64,000 nucleotides of DNA from a virus (IMGVR_UViG_3300046522_000316:250290-314289); one strand, 5' to 3'; shown: positions 27,127-36,413, counted from the stretch's first letter. The notes: generated by a model not told the origin, from the sequence alone. Program-made: numbers and translations.

Positions 27127-27449
27127 TATCTCGCCTTCCTCGTTTTTGGTTTTCTATATTTTTTGCCAGCAGCACGACACAAAATTTTATGCAGCGTGTC
27201 GTCTTTTTTCACTAGGCCCGCCGCGCAAAGCACGTGGGCATTTTCCTTGAGGTCTTCACGGAAATTTTCAATTGCATCGTTGCGGCGTTGTTCACGTTTA
27301 TGCTGGATTTCTTCCAAAGTATTTTCGGTAGATTCCAAAACCTTGTCGGCCCATGTATCAGAGCGGCGGGTGCTGTAACTTTCACTGTACCCGCCCATGC
27401 CCATAGAGGACGCGACACGCCACATCATCCCGCCGAACGATCCGCCCAT
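27126..27449 (-). CDS. hypothetical protein
   Basis: Coupled tiled ORF. Confidence 0.6.
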   Translation of the reverse strand: MGGSFGGMMWRVASSMGMGGYSESYSTRRSDTWADKVLESTENTLEEIQHKREQRRNDAIENFREDLKENAHVLCAAGLVKKDDTLHKILCRAAGKKYRKPKTRKAR

Positions 27450-27451
27450 TT

Positions 27452-27877
27452 TTAAAGCATCCCCTCTTCCGGAATTTGTACCGGATAAACTTCACAGTGA
27501 TCGGATGGCGCGGCCAGTGCAATAACAGGCCACTTGCCGGAACTATCCGGGTTGCGTTGGCGGTGTGCGTCCAACCATTTCAACGCCGCATGTTCCATGT
27601 GGTGTGCGTTGGTACGGATGATTCCAACACGCCGCATTTCGTTCCCGGTCGGGGTCATCGTGTAGACGTTGAATATTCCGACACACGCGGCGCCGTCGTA
27701 CTGGTTCTGCTGCCAACCCAAACCCGGATCAACAAACGCCACATCCTGCGCATCGTACTGCTGCCGAAAATAATGCAGAAACTCTTCCAGCTTTTCACCG
27801 CCGTTTCTAAATCCTTTGCGGACTGGCAGGCGGTGATAGTCGTAGGTACGGCTAAACGAATCAATGACAGTAGGCAT
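27452..27877 (-). CDS. hypothetical protein
   Basis: GAGG SD. Confidence 0.6.
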   Translation of the reverse strand: MPTVIDSFSRTYDYHRLPVRKGFRNGGEKLEEFLHYFRQQYDAQDVAFVDPGLGWQQNQYDGAACVGIFNVYTMTPTGNEMRRVGIIRTNAHHMEHAALKWLDAHRQRNPDSSGKWPVIALAAPSDHCEVYPVQIPEEGML

Positions 27878-27918
27878 AGTTGGCCCTCATATTATTTACA
27901 GTATCTGAGTTCACTGCA

Positions 27919-27942
27919 AAGGGCACCATTCTAGATGCCCTT
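27919..27942 (-). promoter_or_regulatory. family-C intergenic hairpin (TAGAAT in loop)
   Basis: AAGGGCATC-TAGAAT-GGTGCCCTT. Confidence 0.55.
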
Positions 27943-27952
27943 CACCAGTTGA

Positions 27953-28384
27953 TCAGTAGGTGATTTCGTTGAGGTCTTTGCCTTCGAGTTCCCATTCGTT
28001 CACGCGGTCTTCACCGTACTCGCGAATCAGGTCGTTGCGTCGGCGCCCGTACAGAATTGTTTTGTATTCTTCGCGGGTTAAAACCAGTTCTTTATCCGTC
28101 TCGCTCAGCAGCTGGTCAATCGACGATCCCCACGTTAGCATGCTGTTGACATTCGTCGCAGGTTCACCGATGTGGCGGATGATGGATTCACCAATCGCGT
28201 GAATTGACACTTCGCCCAAAACTTCACGAAATTCATAAACCGTGTTCGGTTTGAAAAAGTCGTGATTCTGAAACGAAGCACCGACCAGCAAACCGTCAGC
28301 GTCGTTACACCCTCGGAAAATAAATCGACCTATCGCCCTCATGTTGTCACGGCCTCCGAATGAAACCAGCGCTGGTGAATCCAC
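27953..28384 (-). CDS. hypothetical protein
   Basis: Tiled ORF; start may be MRAIG. Confidence 0.6.
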   Translation of the reverse strand: MDSPALVSFGGRDNMRAIGRFIFRGCNDADGLLVGASFQNHDFFKPNTVYEFREVLGEVSIHAIGESIIRHIGEPATNVNSMLTWGSSIDQLLSETDKELVLTREEYKTILYGRRRNDLIREYGEDRVNEWELEGKDLNEITY

Positions 28385-28614
28385 GTAGCGCTAACAATTG
28401 AAAACGCAGCAGCCGTGCCGTTGATAAAGCAGTACCACCACGTACCCTGCATAAAGATCGTGGCGTAGGTGCCAGCCGCTACAAACTCAAACGTACCCTG
28501 CACATACGAAGTGGCGAACATGCTCCACCACTTGTTGTGCTGAATGTTTTTGAACTGAAAACCTTTCAGGAAAATCGCGATGAACGTCACACAAAAAGCT
28601 GTCACGTAAATCAT
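28339..28614 (-). CDS. small multi-pass membrane protein
   Basis: Three hydrophobic segments; ATGA overlap. Confidence 0.65.
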   Translation of the reverse strand: MIYVTAFCVTFIAIFLKGFQFKNIQHNKWWSMFATSYVQGTFEFVAAGTYATIFMQGTWWYCFINGTAAAFSIVSATWIHQRWFHSEAVTT

Positions 28615-28805
28615 GCGCGCTTTGCCTCTTTCTTGAATTTCTTCAAGTGGCGGCGGAAACGTTTTTCGACCGACTGTTGCATCAGTTCGAAATCGGTATA
28701 CACCTGCGCGTTGCGGGCCAGATCGCGACTACTGCTGATTACGTCGCGGCGACCTTGCAAGGCTTCCCCTCGAAAGCTCGACAAATTGCATTGAATAATA
28801 TCCAT
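28611..28805 (-). CDS. hypothetical protein
   Basis: GAAGGA SD. Confidence 0.5.
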   Translation of the reverse strand: MDIIQCNLSSFRGEALQGRRDVISSSRDLARNAQVYTDFELMQQSVEKRFRRHLKKFKKEAKRA

Positions 28806-28834
28806 CCTTCACTTCCTCGACTTCCGTCTACGTT

Positions 28835-29023
28835 TTACTTTTGATGTGGCCCAGCGTCGTCGAATTCCCAATTTTTCAACAGCCATTCCAATTCGGGATC
28901 GTCACGCTGGTAGCCCTGCGCTTCCATCATTTCCAGAAAGCGCGCCTGATTGTAATTGCAGAGTTCGTAACACGTGTCAGCCGCAATCTGCATTTCACGC
29001 TTCATTTGCAGGCGCCTCGACAA
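28835..29023 (-). CDS. hypothetical protein
   Basis: Tiled ORF. Confidence 0.5.
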   Translation of the reverse strand: MSRRLQMKREMQIAADTCYELCNYNQARFLEMMEAQGYQRDDPELEWLLKNWEFDDAGPHQK

Positions 29024-29672
29024 TCGTAAAGTCGTACCAGCCGCACAAGTGTTTCACGGCGCCGGATACGTCTTCGTACATATGAGGCTCTTCGATAATC
29101 GACAGGCCTGTTTGTTTACCGAATTCACCGAGGATATATTCGAACCATGCGCGCAATTTTGCAGCACGTGGCAAATCAGGTTCCGAGGTCTGGCCGAAAT
29201 AACCTTCGCCAGTTTCCATCGTGTGCATTTCCCGGCGAATCTCGCGCAGTTCATGCGTAACGCGTGCCATGGAAACCGGCCCCGGTGCAGTGCCGCGCAG
29301 ACTGCCGTTCGATTCATTCATCCAGTCCAGCACCGTGCGCCCTTCTACGCATTTGCTGCTGATTTCGAACATGTGGTCGAGGCCACCAGACGTTTGCCCG
29401 CCCAACGCCGCGCAAGGGTATTGATTGTGCCACACGCTGCCTTTCGAATCGGTCAGGATATAACCGTCGTATGCCGGTTCCGCATCTTTTTGGTCGTACT
29501 CGCCACGCACCATGTGATGCTCGGCAACAGTCAGTTCGCGAAATTGCACAGCAGGAAAATCGCTCGGTTGCATTTCTGCGAACTTGAGCAACTTCGTGTA
29601 GAACGGATACATGAAACCGTCTTCAATGTCGGCCCACAATACCCAAATCTTTTCACCGATTTGATGGCGCAT
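28995..29672 (-). CDS. hypothetical protein
   Basis: Tiled ORF. Confidence 0.65.
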   Translation of the reverse strand: MRHQIGEKIWVLWADIEDGFMYPFYTKLLKFAEMQPSDFPAVQFRELTVAEHHMVRGEYDQKDAEPAYDGYILTDSKGSVWHNQYPCAALGGQTSGGLDHMFEISSKCVEGRTVLDWMNESNGSLRGTAPGPVSMARVTHELREIRREMHTMETGEGYFGQTSEPDLPRAAKLRAWFEYILGEFGKQTGLSIIEEPHMYEDVSGAVKHLCGWYDFTIVEAPANEA

Positions 29673-30113
29673 TTATTTCTTCCCCTTGCGAATTGTGAAC
29701 GAGCGCGGCGCGTTCAGTTTGTCCCACTTCCGTTTTTCGAAATGCGTGAATTGTTTCGCTTCCATCCGGCGCAAATAAGCGTCGGCTGCTTCACGCGTTA
29801 AGAACGTGCAGTGCATGTTGTAGGTGTTCGGGATAATGCCGCAATCACGCAGCGACATTTGACCTTCAAACCCACTGACCTTTCCGTCACGCACCGAACG
29901 ATATGTGAACATCTGCACAGGGCCAACGGACAGCCCTACAACGTGCGGCATTGCCTTAACCAGAACTTCGGCCACGTATGCCTTTGCAACGTCTGGTGCA
30001 GGCGCATAGGCCACGTACAAACGAAAGCCCGGCAGAACTTGCGAAGGCAAAGCCCGCTGGCACATTTCGCTCACGTTGTCCGGGCGCTTGTGAAATCCGA
30101 CGACGATGCCCAT
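29673..30113 (-). CDS. hypothetical phage protein (SLRD.GI..N.YN.H motif)
   Basis: Coupled tiled ORF. Confidence 0.65.
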   Translation of the reverse strand: MGIVVGFHKRPDNVSEMCQRALPSQVLPGFRLYVAYAPAPDVAKAYVAEVLVKAMPHVVGLSVGPVQMFTYRSVRDGKVSGFEGQMSLRDCGIIPNTYNMHCTFLTREAADAYLRRMEAKQFTHFEKRKWDKLNAPRSFTIRKGKK

Positions 30114-30823
30114 TACTGAATCCCCTGTTTGCCGTAGCGTGGGTCACGTTCGATTTCAGCGGCGAACCACGCTAGCTTTTCGTCGAAACGATCCGCGATC
30201 TTTTTCACGCATTCCAGAAGGCGGGAATAATCGTCGCCGGTTGGCCGGGCCGATTGATCTTCAGCTTCGTTAAAATCGAAACCGAGTTCGTGGTAAGAAA
30301 ATGCCATGGCAAAATCGTTGCGGTAATGCACGTGCAAATTCGTGTCGAGGAAAATCACCTTCGTGACTTCCCACAACGAATGCAGACGGAAAGTGTCACG
30401 TTCGGAAATCAGGTGGCCGTATGAGCCGCGTTGCTCGAACAAAATAACCTGCGCCATTCGTGCAAACATTTGCGAGTCTGCACGCTCTTCAGGAAAGCGA
30501 CCGGGCCACACAATGCGATAGCAGCGGATCAACTGTTCGCCACGGTCGATGGCTTCCACGATGCGCCCTACGTCGCGTTGCGTGTGGTCATCCTCATAAC
30601 TGCGGGCGAACAAATCGAGGAACGTTTTCAGTTCTTCGGCAGTGCCTTCGATGAACGCAGAACCGAAAAGCTGGCCGTGTGGATAGCCAGTGAAATTCGG
30701 CGCTTTAAGCAGCAGGTTCTTTTTAATGTCGTACATGTGCGCGATGTTCGAACTTAACCAGCTGACAACTTCGCCGTCTTTCTTGTAGCCACCACACGAA
30801 AGATCCACAATTATTTTAGGCAT
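30113..30823 (-). CDS. hypothetical protein
   Basis: Coupled tiled ORF. Confidence 0.65.
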   Translation of the reverse strand: MPKIIVDLSCGGYKKDGEVVSWLSSNIAHMYDIKKNLLLKAPNFTGYPHGQLFGSAFIEGTAEELKTFLDLFARSYEDDHTQRDVGRIVEAIDRGEQLIRCYRIVWPGRFPEERADSQMFARMAQVILFEQRGSYGHLISERDTFRLHSLWEVTKVIFLDTNLHVHYRNDFAMAFSYHELGFDFNEAEDQSARPTGDDYSRLLECVKKIADRFDEKLAWFAAEIERDPRYGKQGIQ

Positions 30824-31142
30824 CGCCTTGTTCCCATTCGAGGGTTTCGGTTCCTGAAATGCCGCTGCGTGTCAGCGAATCAATCAGGATCATTACCAGC
30901 AAACCAGCTTGATGCAATTGCACCTTTTCCGACAACTGATCGCGATGCTGGAAATCGTGAATGATGCGGATGTGAATATCGTCCAACTGATCGACGCATT
31001 TATTCAGCGTCAGAAAAATCGGCTGTTCATCAACCGGGAACATCAGCGGGTGATTGGACGGTGCGAATTTCTGCACCAACGAAAATTGTTCAGCAGTCCA
31101 CGAACCAATATCGCGACCGACTTTTGCACACGACAGCATCAT
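30816..31142 (-). CDS. hypothetical protein
   Basis: Coupled tiled ORF. Confidence 0.55.
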   Translation of the reverse strand: MMLSCAKVGRDIGSWTAEQFSLVQKFAPSNHPLMFPVDEQPIFLTLNKCVDQLDDIHIRIIHDFQHRDQLSEKVQLHQAGLLVMILIDSLTRSGISGTETLEWEQGDA

Positions 31143-31636
31143 GTCGAAGGTTCCTTGTTCTGTACTTTGATTGCCGGGTTAGTGGCGGGCGTCACGGTGC
31201 GTGTACGCGTTGTGGTATTTACCGGGGGATCAATGTCGTAATATTTCTTCACGTACATTGCGCCCACGGCCATGATTGCATCCCGCATCAATTTCACATG
31301 CGCAAACATGTACGCGCCCCCGGTTGGCAATTCGACTTCAGCTTCGAATTCGGGCGTGCTGCATTTCAGTGTTTTTCCATCGCTGGAAACGTCGATGCTC
31401 ATGCGCAAATATGCAGCGACCATCATTGCATCACCGCCGTGATCATACGGATTGAATTTGACGGGGCAAATGCCGTCGTAGCCAGTCGCGTCGATCAGGG
31501 GCCGGTATACGCCCCGCACACCATTGTCGCCCATAGGTTCGAACACATCGCCCCGCAACGGCTCATAACCCACCAGACGCGCAAACTGCGCAGTGATTTG
31601 ATTGGTTTCTTGAATCTTGATTACGAACTCGTTCAC
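31139..31636 (-). CDS. hypothetical protein
   Basis: GGAG SD. Confidence 0.6.
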   Translation of the reverse strand: MNEFVIKIQETNQITAQFARLVGYEPLRGDVFEPMGDNGVRGVYRPLIDATGYDGICPVKFNPYDHGGDAMMVAAYLRMSIDVSSDGKTLKCSTPEFEAEVELPTGGAYMFAHVKLMRDAIMAVGAMYVKKYYDIDPPVNTTTRTRTVTPATNPAIKVQNKEPST

Positions 31637-31796
31637 GTTGCATGCTCCAACATTTTGCTAGGCCGGAAATTCCGACGCAGATAAAAAACAGGGCAGCACC
31701 CGCCAACTGCATTTGATGCGAAAACGACGGGGCGCCGATTGAAAAACCTAACAAGCAAATTGCTAGGTTACGAAACAATAAATGAAGCAGCAGCAT
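31563..31796 (-). CDS. possible small membrane protein
   Basis: Two hydrophobic segments; fills gap. Confidence 0.4.
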   Translation of the reverse strand: MLLLHLLFRNLAICLLGFSIGAPSFSHQMQLAGAALFFICVGISGLAKCWSMQRERVRNQDSRNQSNHCAVCASGGL

Positions 31797-32051
31797 TCAG
31801 GACTTCGCCACCAAATAATGCTCACAGGTTTTCGGGTTGTACTCGGTGCGCATTGCATTATCTAGCGCCTCTTCCAAGCTTTGCCCGGTGGCGTTCAACC
31901 ATGCGCCCCGTGGATCGTGCCAAACAACGCGGTGTTCTTTGTAAACGCCGCCCCGGTCAAAATCCACATGCACGCTGGCCCAACGTTCGCGAACCGCCAG
32001 CCATTCCATGCGCCGGAGATTTTCCACATCGGTTTTGAATTGATCAGCCAT
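31797..32051 (-). CDS. hypothetical protein
   Basis: Start reassigned to MADQFK (AGGA SD). Confidence 0.6.
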   Translation of the reverse strand: MADQFKTDVENLRRMEWLAVRERWASVHVDFDRGGVYKEHRVVWHDPRGAWLNATGQSLEEALDNAMRTEYNPKTCEHYLVAKS

Positions 32052-32802
32052 TTTGTTTTTCCTGTTGTGCTTTACGGCGACGGTCGAATTCCGGAATGGA
32101 GATTTTGCTGCCACGTGCCGAGTGCAATGCCGCCAGACGATCCGACAGCACTTTGTGATCGTGTTCGACCAGTGCAAAGATTTCGTCGTCTTCTGCGCCC
32201 CACACGGTGCGTTTGTCGCGTTCCTCGCGCTTGGTCTTACCTTCGCGCAGCGTTTGGGCAACCTGCGTCACTGGCGACGTTACAGAGGCTTTCTGAATCG
32301 GCGGCAAGTTGAGCCAGTCAGGGCACGAACAGGCTACGCGATACATCTGCTTGCCTCTAGTGGTCAGGTACGGCATTTGCTCACGGGTGAAACCGGAATG
32401 ACGTTTTTCAGTCACGCCGATAAAAATCGCCAGCAAGTCAATTCCGAAATCGAAATCCTGTTCCTGCGTTTTGGTGAACTGTGCGCGGGCCTGTGTGTAG
32501 GTAGCCGGGCATTTACCATCAAACTGACGCTCGGCGTCCAGCGCTTTTTGCACGGCGTCCACATTTGCATAGCTGGCAACTTCTGCAAACGCGACGTAAT
32601 GAGGAACGTCAGATTTGCGTTTCGGTTTACGCACAAGACACACCACAACTTTATGCGTGTGTTGGTTAATGGTCGCAACCAGTTCGCCAGTTTCCTTGTG
32701 GTGAACAGCGACGTATTTTTCGCCGTTCTCTTTCAAGCTGTCGGCGGTGGAAAAGGTCAGCTTGTGATTCGGGAACAATGCGCGGGCGTCAGTCTGTTTC
32801 AT
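32044..32802 (-). CDS. hypothetical protein
   Basis: AAGGA SD, after family-C hairpin. Confidence 0.7.
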   Translation of the reverse strand: MKQTDARALFPNHKLTFSTADSLKENGEKYVAVHHKETGELVATINQHTHKVVVCLVRKPKRKSDVPHYVAFAEVASYANVDAVQKALDAERQFDGKCPATYTQARAQFTKTQEQDFDFGIDLLAIFIGVTEKRHSGFTREQMPYLTTRGKQMYRVACSCPDWLNLPPIQKASVTSPVTQVAQTLREGKTKREERDKRTVWGAEDDEIFALVEHDHKVLSDRLAALHSARGSKISIPEFDRRRKAQQEKQNG

Positions 32803-32848
32803 GATTTAATTCCTTTACGGTTAGGATTGTGACTGCTGATTTATCTGC

Positions 32849-32874
32849 AATGCGCACCAATCTAGATGCGCATT
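32849..32874 (-). promoter_or_regulatory. family-C intergenic hairpin (TAGATT in loop)
   Basis: AATGCGCATC-TAGATT-GGTGCGCATT. Confidence 0.55.
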
Positions 32875-32878
32875 AAAG

Positions 32879-33283
32879 TTAATCGTCAGAGTTAGGGTGA
32901 AAGTGATTCCACTCGGCTTGTTCCTGCGAGCGTTCCCACTGTGCCATTGCTTCGGCGCTGCATTCGTGACAGTCAGCGTACTCAATGTCATGTTTGCAAT
33001 ATTCCGTCTGGTCACATTCTGCATCAATGCGCCGTTCGTATTCTTCGTCGCAGGCTTCACAGCCGTCGCCGTAAATAACACCGTGGCCGCATTTCGCTGG
33101 CGGGCTGCAAATTTCACAGCCGTTAATTTCCTCGCCATGCTGGCAGTTATTGCAGTGATCGCAGCCGGTGCATTTATTGCTTTCGCAATTCTTGTACAGG
33201 GCTGTCGAAATGCACGCGTCGATTTCTTCTTCGAGCGTACAGATGTTGCACAGGCCACACGGGTTTTCGTTCGTGCATTCCAT
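32879..33283 (-). CDS. Cys-rich multi-Zn-finger-like acidic protein (134 aa)
   Basis: Start reassigned to MECTNE (GGAGGT SD); 19 Cys; three CxH-x(6-7)-CxxC units. Confidence 0.7.
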   Translation of the reverse strand: MECTNENPCGLCNICTLEEEIDACISTALYKNCESNKCTGCDHCNNCQHGEEINGCEICSPPAKCGHGVIYGDGCEACDEEYERRIDAECDQTEYCKHDIEYADCHECSAEAMAQWERSQEQAEWNHFHPNSDD

Positions 33284-33304
33284 TACATAAACCTCCGAAT
33301 TAAA

Positions 33305-33326
33305 GGGGCACCGTTTCAGATGCCCC
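33305..33326 (-). promoter_or_regulatory. family-C intergenic hairpin
   Basis: GGGGCATC-TGAAAC-GGTGCCCC. Confidence 0.5.
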
Positions 33327-33333
33327 CGGTTAA

Positions 33334-33915
33334 TTATTCGCTGACCTTTACCATTTTCAGAAGAACAGGCGCCAGCGGAACAATGGTGAAGTCCGTCGCG
33401 AATTTCTCCGCGAATGTTTGGCCGACCTGAAACGCGCCGTGCAACATATTCGGCGCCCATACCTGAAGCTGACATTTCTTTTCGTCAGCGGTGCCCGGCT
33501 CGAACGTGACGGCGAAATTGAAATCGCGACCTTCCGGCGTCGGTGCGTCGGAATATTCGATACCGTCCTCTTCCTTTTCTTCGACCGTGGGCACGGTGCC
33601 TTCTACTTCGTCGCACCAGTGCTGGATATCGTTCCATGCAGTCACCAGCAGCAGATAAACCGGATCGACGAATTCAGCAGGCACCACGCTTGCCACGGCT
33701 TCGCGCTCGTTCATGGTGTAGAACCGGGAGTGGTCAACGATGCAGTAGTGCGTCGGTTCACCACGGGCCGCACATTCGGCGCGCTTGATATCCATCGCGG
33801 CGCTAGCAGCGTCAGAGGCCGCTTTGTCGAACGAATTTTCGCGTGCTGCCATTGCTTCGCGAATCCATTTTGCGAATTGTACTTTGTCCATTTTCATACT
33901 TTCCTTTCTGTCCAT
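33334..33915 (-). CDS. hypothetical protein
   Basis: GAGGAAG SD. Confidence 0.65.
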   Translation of the reverse strand: MDRKESMKMDKVQFAKWIREAMAARENSFDKAASDAASAAMDIKRAECAARGEPTHYCIVDHSRFYTMNEREAVASVVPAEFVDPVYLLLVTAWNDIQHWCDEVEGTVPTVEEKEEDGIEYSDAPTPEGRDFNFAVTFEPGTADEKKCQLQVWAPNMLHGAFQVGQTFAEKFATDFTIVPLAPVLLKMVKVSE

Positions 33916-33930
33916 CTTTCACTTCCTCAG

Positions 33931-34146
33931 TTAAAAACGAGTGCCTACCAGTTTTGCAATAAGCGCTGGCGGGCTAATGGTTACGGTCAGCTTGCAGTAA
34001 CCGCAATCGACTTTCCACGTCGGCGGCATTGTGTGCTGCTCGCGAAAATCGCTTTCGTCACCTTGGCACGTCGCCCCGCATTTGGGGCAGGTGAAAATTA
34101 ATGGCGGTGCAGATAAAACTTTCATTGCTACCTCACTTGTCCCCAA
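33931..34146 (-). CDS. Zn-ribbon protein
   Basis: CPKCG...CGYC. Confidence 0.6.
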   Translation of the reverse strand: MGTSEVAMKVLSAPPLIFTCPKCGATCQGDESDFREQHTMPPTWKVDCGYCKLTVTISPPALIAKLVGTRF

Positions 34147-34295
34147 CGGTTACGAACCCTGTCGTGCCGTTTCGGTTCGCGTTTCAGTTTTTCAATTTGT
34201 TCCTGCTTGCGTTGTTCCCGCAAGTATTCTGCAAATTGACGGTCGGCCCAGTCGCGCTGTTGCTGGCGCATGTTGTCGTGCCAGAACATAATTAA
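34101..34295 (-). CDS. hypothetical protein
   Basis: Hydrophobic small ORF; frame uncertain. Confidence 0.3.
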
Positions 34296-35527
34296 ATCCC
34301 CGATGTGATAATTGCAAAGTCACTCGGATTCAAATCGGTGTGCTGTGCAAATTTAACCAGTTCGGTAAAACCGAATCGGCCCGCCAGTTCGTCGATGATT
34401 TCGATCCGGCGTTTCATGCCCGACAATTCGTGAACTGCGGAAGCGTCGAAGTCGCACTTGCCTTCGTTTACGATGTGGTTAAAAAGGGCAACCAGACCGG
34501 GCGTAGAAACATCCGCCAACAAATCCACGATTTCGTCTTCGTCTTCCGCGTCGATAGTTTCGCCGTCGATTTCCTCTTCCTCTTCTTCGAGGTCGTCAGG
34601 GTCACGGAACGAAGAACAGACGTTGTAGCAACTGCGGCGGCACGGGTGAACCGATTCAATCATTTCGCGAAACACACGCAGCACGTCAGATTGCGCATGC
34701 GCCACGACGTTTTCACTTTCGTATAAATCGAAAACCCGATCCGTGATTTTCAATTCGAACGCTCGCTGCAAACTGAACAATTGCTGCGTCGTGTCTTTGC
34801 CGTTGTACAGGTGCTGCATATAGCGCAGCGATTGTTTCACGCAGGCCACATAACGCACGATTACAGATACCAGCCATTCGTCTAGGCTCTTCGGCATTGC
34901 AGCGCCAGACAAACGCGCCATATCGCACAGGGCCAGAATGTGCGACTCGGAACCGACGTTGTGATCAATCACCAGCATTTCACCAACGTACAAACGGAAG
35001 CCGTTAAAGCCTTCGCTGATTTCCACCACAGCACGGGCGAACGTGGTCGCGTTGGGCACGTTGCACAGGTGAATTGCACCGTCGCTGTGAATCTGCATCA
35101 CGAAACCGGCAGTGGCTTTTGTAGGCGCCAATTTCTTTTCGAGGTCGCCCATGATCAGCGACAGATTGTGCGGACGGCTGTTTTGGAATTTGACAGGCTC
35201 GCCAATTTCCTTTGCCATTTTCACCACGACCTTTTTCGGCTGCGCTACACGCGGCGCAGAATCCATCGGTTCGTGATTGGCGATATACGTTTCAATATCA
35301 CGAACCGTTCTCCAACCACTCGATACGCCGCCCGGAATTTCGATTTCGAATTCCTCTTCAAGATCCATGAGGATTTCGCCAAGATCCATTCCGTTGATTT
35401 TCAGGGAATGTCTGATCGTGTCTTCCGAATCAATCGGGTGCCCGATTTTCATGCCCATGTGATCAGTAATGACGCGGCGAATGCGGTTCATTTGATCAGC
35501 GGAAACTTTCTTGCTCGGCTTAGCCAT
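34292..35527 (-). CDS. 411-aa multidomain protein with N-terminal ACP-like domain lacking the Ppant serine
   Basis: Start MAKPSKK after family-B leader; LKINGMDLGEILMDLEEEFEIEIP...WRTVRDIETYI aligns to AcpP with Ser->Gly46; acidic tract near C-terminus. Confidence 0.75.
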   Translation of the reverse strand: MAKPSKKVSADQMNRIRRVITDHMGMKIGHPIDSEDTIRHSLKINGMDLGEILMDLEEEFEIEIPGGVSSGWRTVRDIETYIANHEPMDSAPRVAQPKKVVVKMAKEIGEPVKFQNSRPHNLSLIMGDLEKKLAPTKATAGFVMQIHSDGAIHLCNVPNATTFARAVVEISEGFNGFRLYVGEMLVIDHNVGSESHILALCDMARLSGAAMPKSLDEWLVSVIVRYVACVKQSLRYMQHLYNGKDTTQQLFSLQRAFELKITDRVFDLYESENVVAHAQSDVLRVFREMIESVHPCRRSCYNVCSSFRDPDDLEEEEEEIDGETIDAEDEDEIVDLLADVSTPGLVALFNHIVNEGKCDFDASAVHELSGMKRRIEIIDELAGRFGFTELVKFAQHTDLNPSDFAIITSGI

Positions 35528-35535
35528 GGTGCGAA

Positions 35536-35592
35536 TTCCTTGATAAAGGTCAGTTTGATTTACTACTGACAAAACCCACACATGGCGGGCTT
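35536..35592 (-). repeat. family-B leader: hairpin + GTCAGTAGT + CTTTATCAAGGAA
   Basis: AAGCCCGC-CATGT-GTGGGTTTTGTCAGTAGTAAATCAAACTGACCTTTATCAAGGAA. Confidence 0.75.
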
Positions 35593-35608
35593 GTCTTTGT
35601 GGTGGGGA

Positions 35609-35890
35609 TTAGCGGGAATGCAGCGTGTCGAGGTCGTCGTCGGAATCGTGAAAATCTTCGTCGTCTTCCTCTTCCTCTTCCTGCTCTTCGTCCTGTTCAT
35701 CGTCGTCAGGATTATCAGGCACCATATTTTCGTACTGCGCTTCACGTTCCGCGTTGATCCGATCTTTATCGGCTTGCGGTAGTGCGTCCCATGCTGCTTT
35801 TTCCTGCGCGATTTCTACACGGGCTTTTTCGACCAGCCGCGTTTCCTCTTCGAGGAACAAATCGCCCAGCGTTACACGTTTGTCGCTCAT
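35609..35890 (-). CDS. small protein with highly acidic C-terminus
   Basis: PDNPDDDEQDEEQEEEEEDDEDFHDSDDDLD; GAGGA SD. Confidence 0.7.
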   Translation of the reverse strand: MSDKRVTLGDLFLEEETRLVEKARVEIAQEKAAWDALPQADKDRINAEREAQYENMVPDNPDDDEQDEEQEEEEEDDEDFHDSDDDLDTLHSR

Positions 35891-35919
35891 TTCGTTTTCC
35901 TCATGCGGGTTTCATTACA

Positions 35920-35943
35920 ATGGGCACTCCCTCGAATGCCCAT
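35920..35943 (-). promoter_or_regulatory. family-C intergenic hairpin
   Basis: ATGGGCATTC-GAGG-GAGTGCCCAT. Confidence 0.45.
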
Positions 35944-35948
35944 CAGAA

Positions 35949-36413
35949 TTAATCCTCTCGGAAATTACCGCGCACATCGCACGGCATGTACAGGGTGCGT
36001 TTCTCGCCTTTGTCGTCCGTCACCTTTTTAGCGCGGAGAACTTTGTACGGGTCGAGGCCGTACACGAAATTGTCAACGCGGCAGTGAATACGCGCCCATG
36101 CAGAACCCGGCGAATATTCTTCCCACGCCACAATTGCATCACGCAGCGATGCAAAGTCGTCGCTGTATTTGCAACTTTCCTCGCCGTCGCTTTCGTACTT
36201 GCCGGTAACGACGCCGTAAGGAAAAGCAGCGTCTGCAAATTGCGCCAGCGTTTCGGCAGGCAACGCATTGTGACGGCTCGCCAAGTCGATCAACTTTTTG
36301 AGGTATTCGGTTTCCGTTACCAAACCATCCTGCAATTGCGTGTGCAGTTGGTTTGCTTCGGCGCCAGTGGCGATATTGAATTGCAGAACGGCCAACAGGT
36401 TCAGGTTGAACAT
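35949..36413 (-). CDS. hypothetical protein, first gene after sigma70 promoter
   Basis: Start reassigned to MFNLNL after family-A leader. Confidence 0.7.
   Translation of the reverse strand: MFNLNLLAVLQFNIATGAEANQLHTQLQDGLVTETEYLKKLIDLASRHNALPAETLAQFADAAFPYGVVTGKYESDGEESCKYSDDFASLRDAIVAWEEYSPGSAWARIHCRVDNFVYGLDPYKVLRAKKVTDDKGEKRTLYMPCDVRGNFRED

Noticed and set aside
35400-35430. Alternative Ppant sites in ACP mimic 2 (DSE at aa 33-35; HSL at aa 40-42, like the NRPS GGHSL motif)
   Set aside because: Registering on E-I-L-M-D-L-E-E-E-F places the canonical serine at Gly46; S41-L42 correspond to AcpP D-L five residues earlier. A loading assay would still be needed to exclude them fully.
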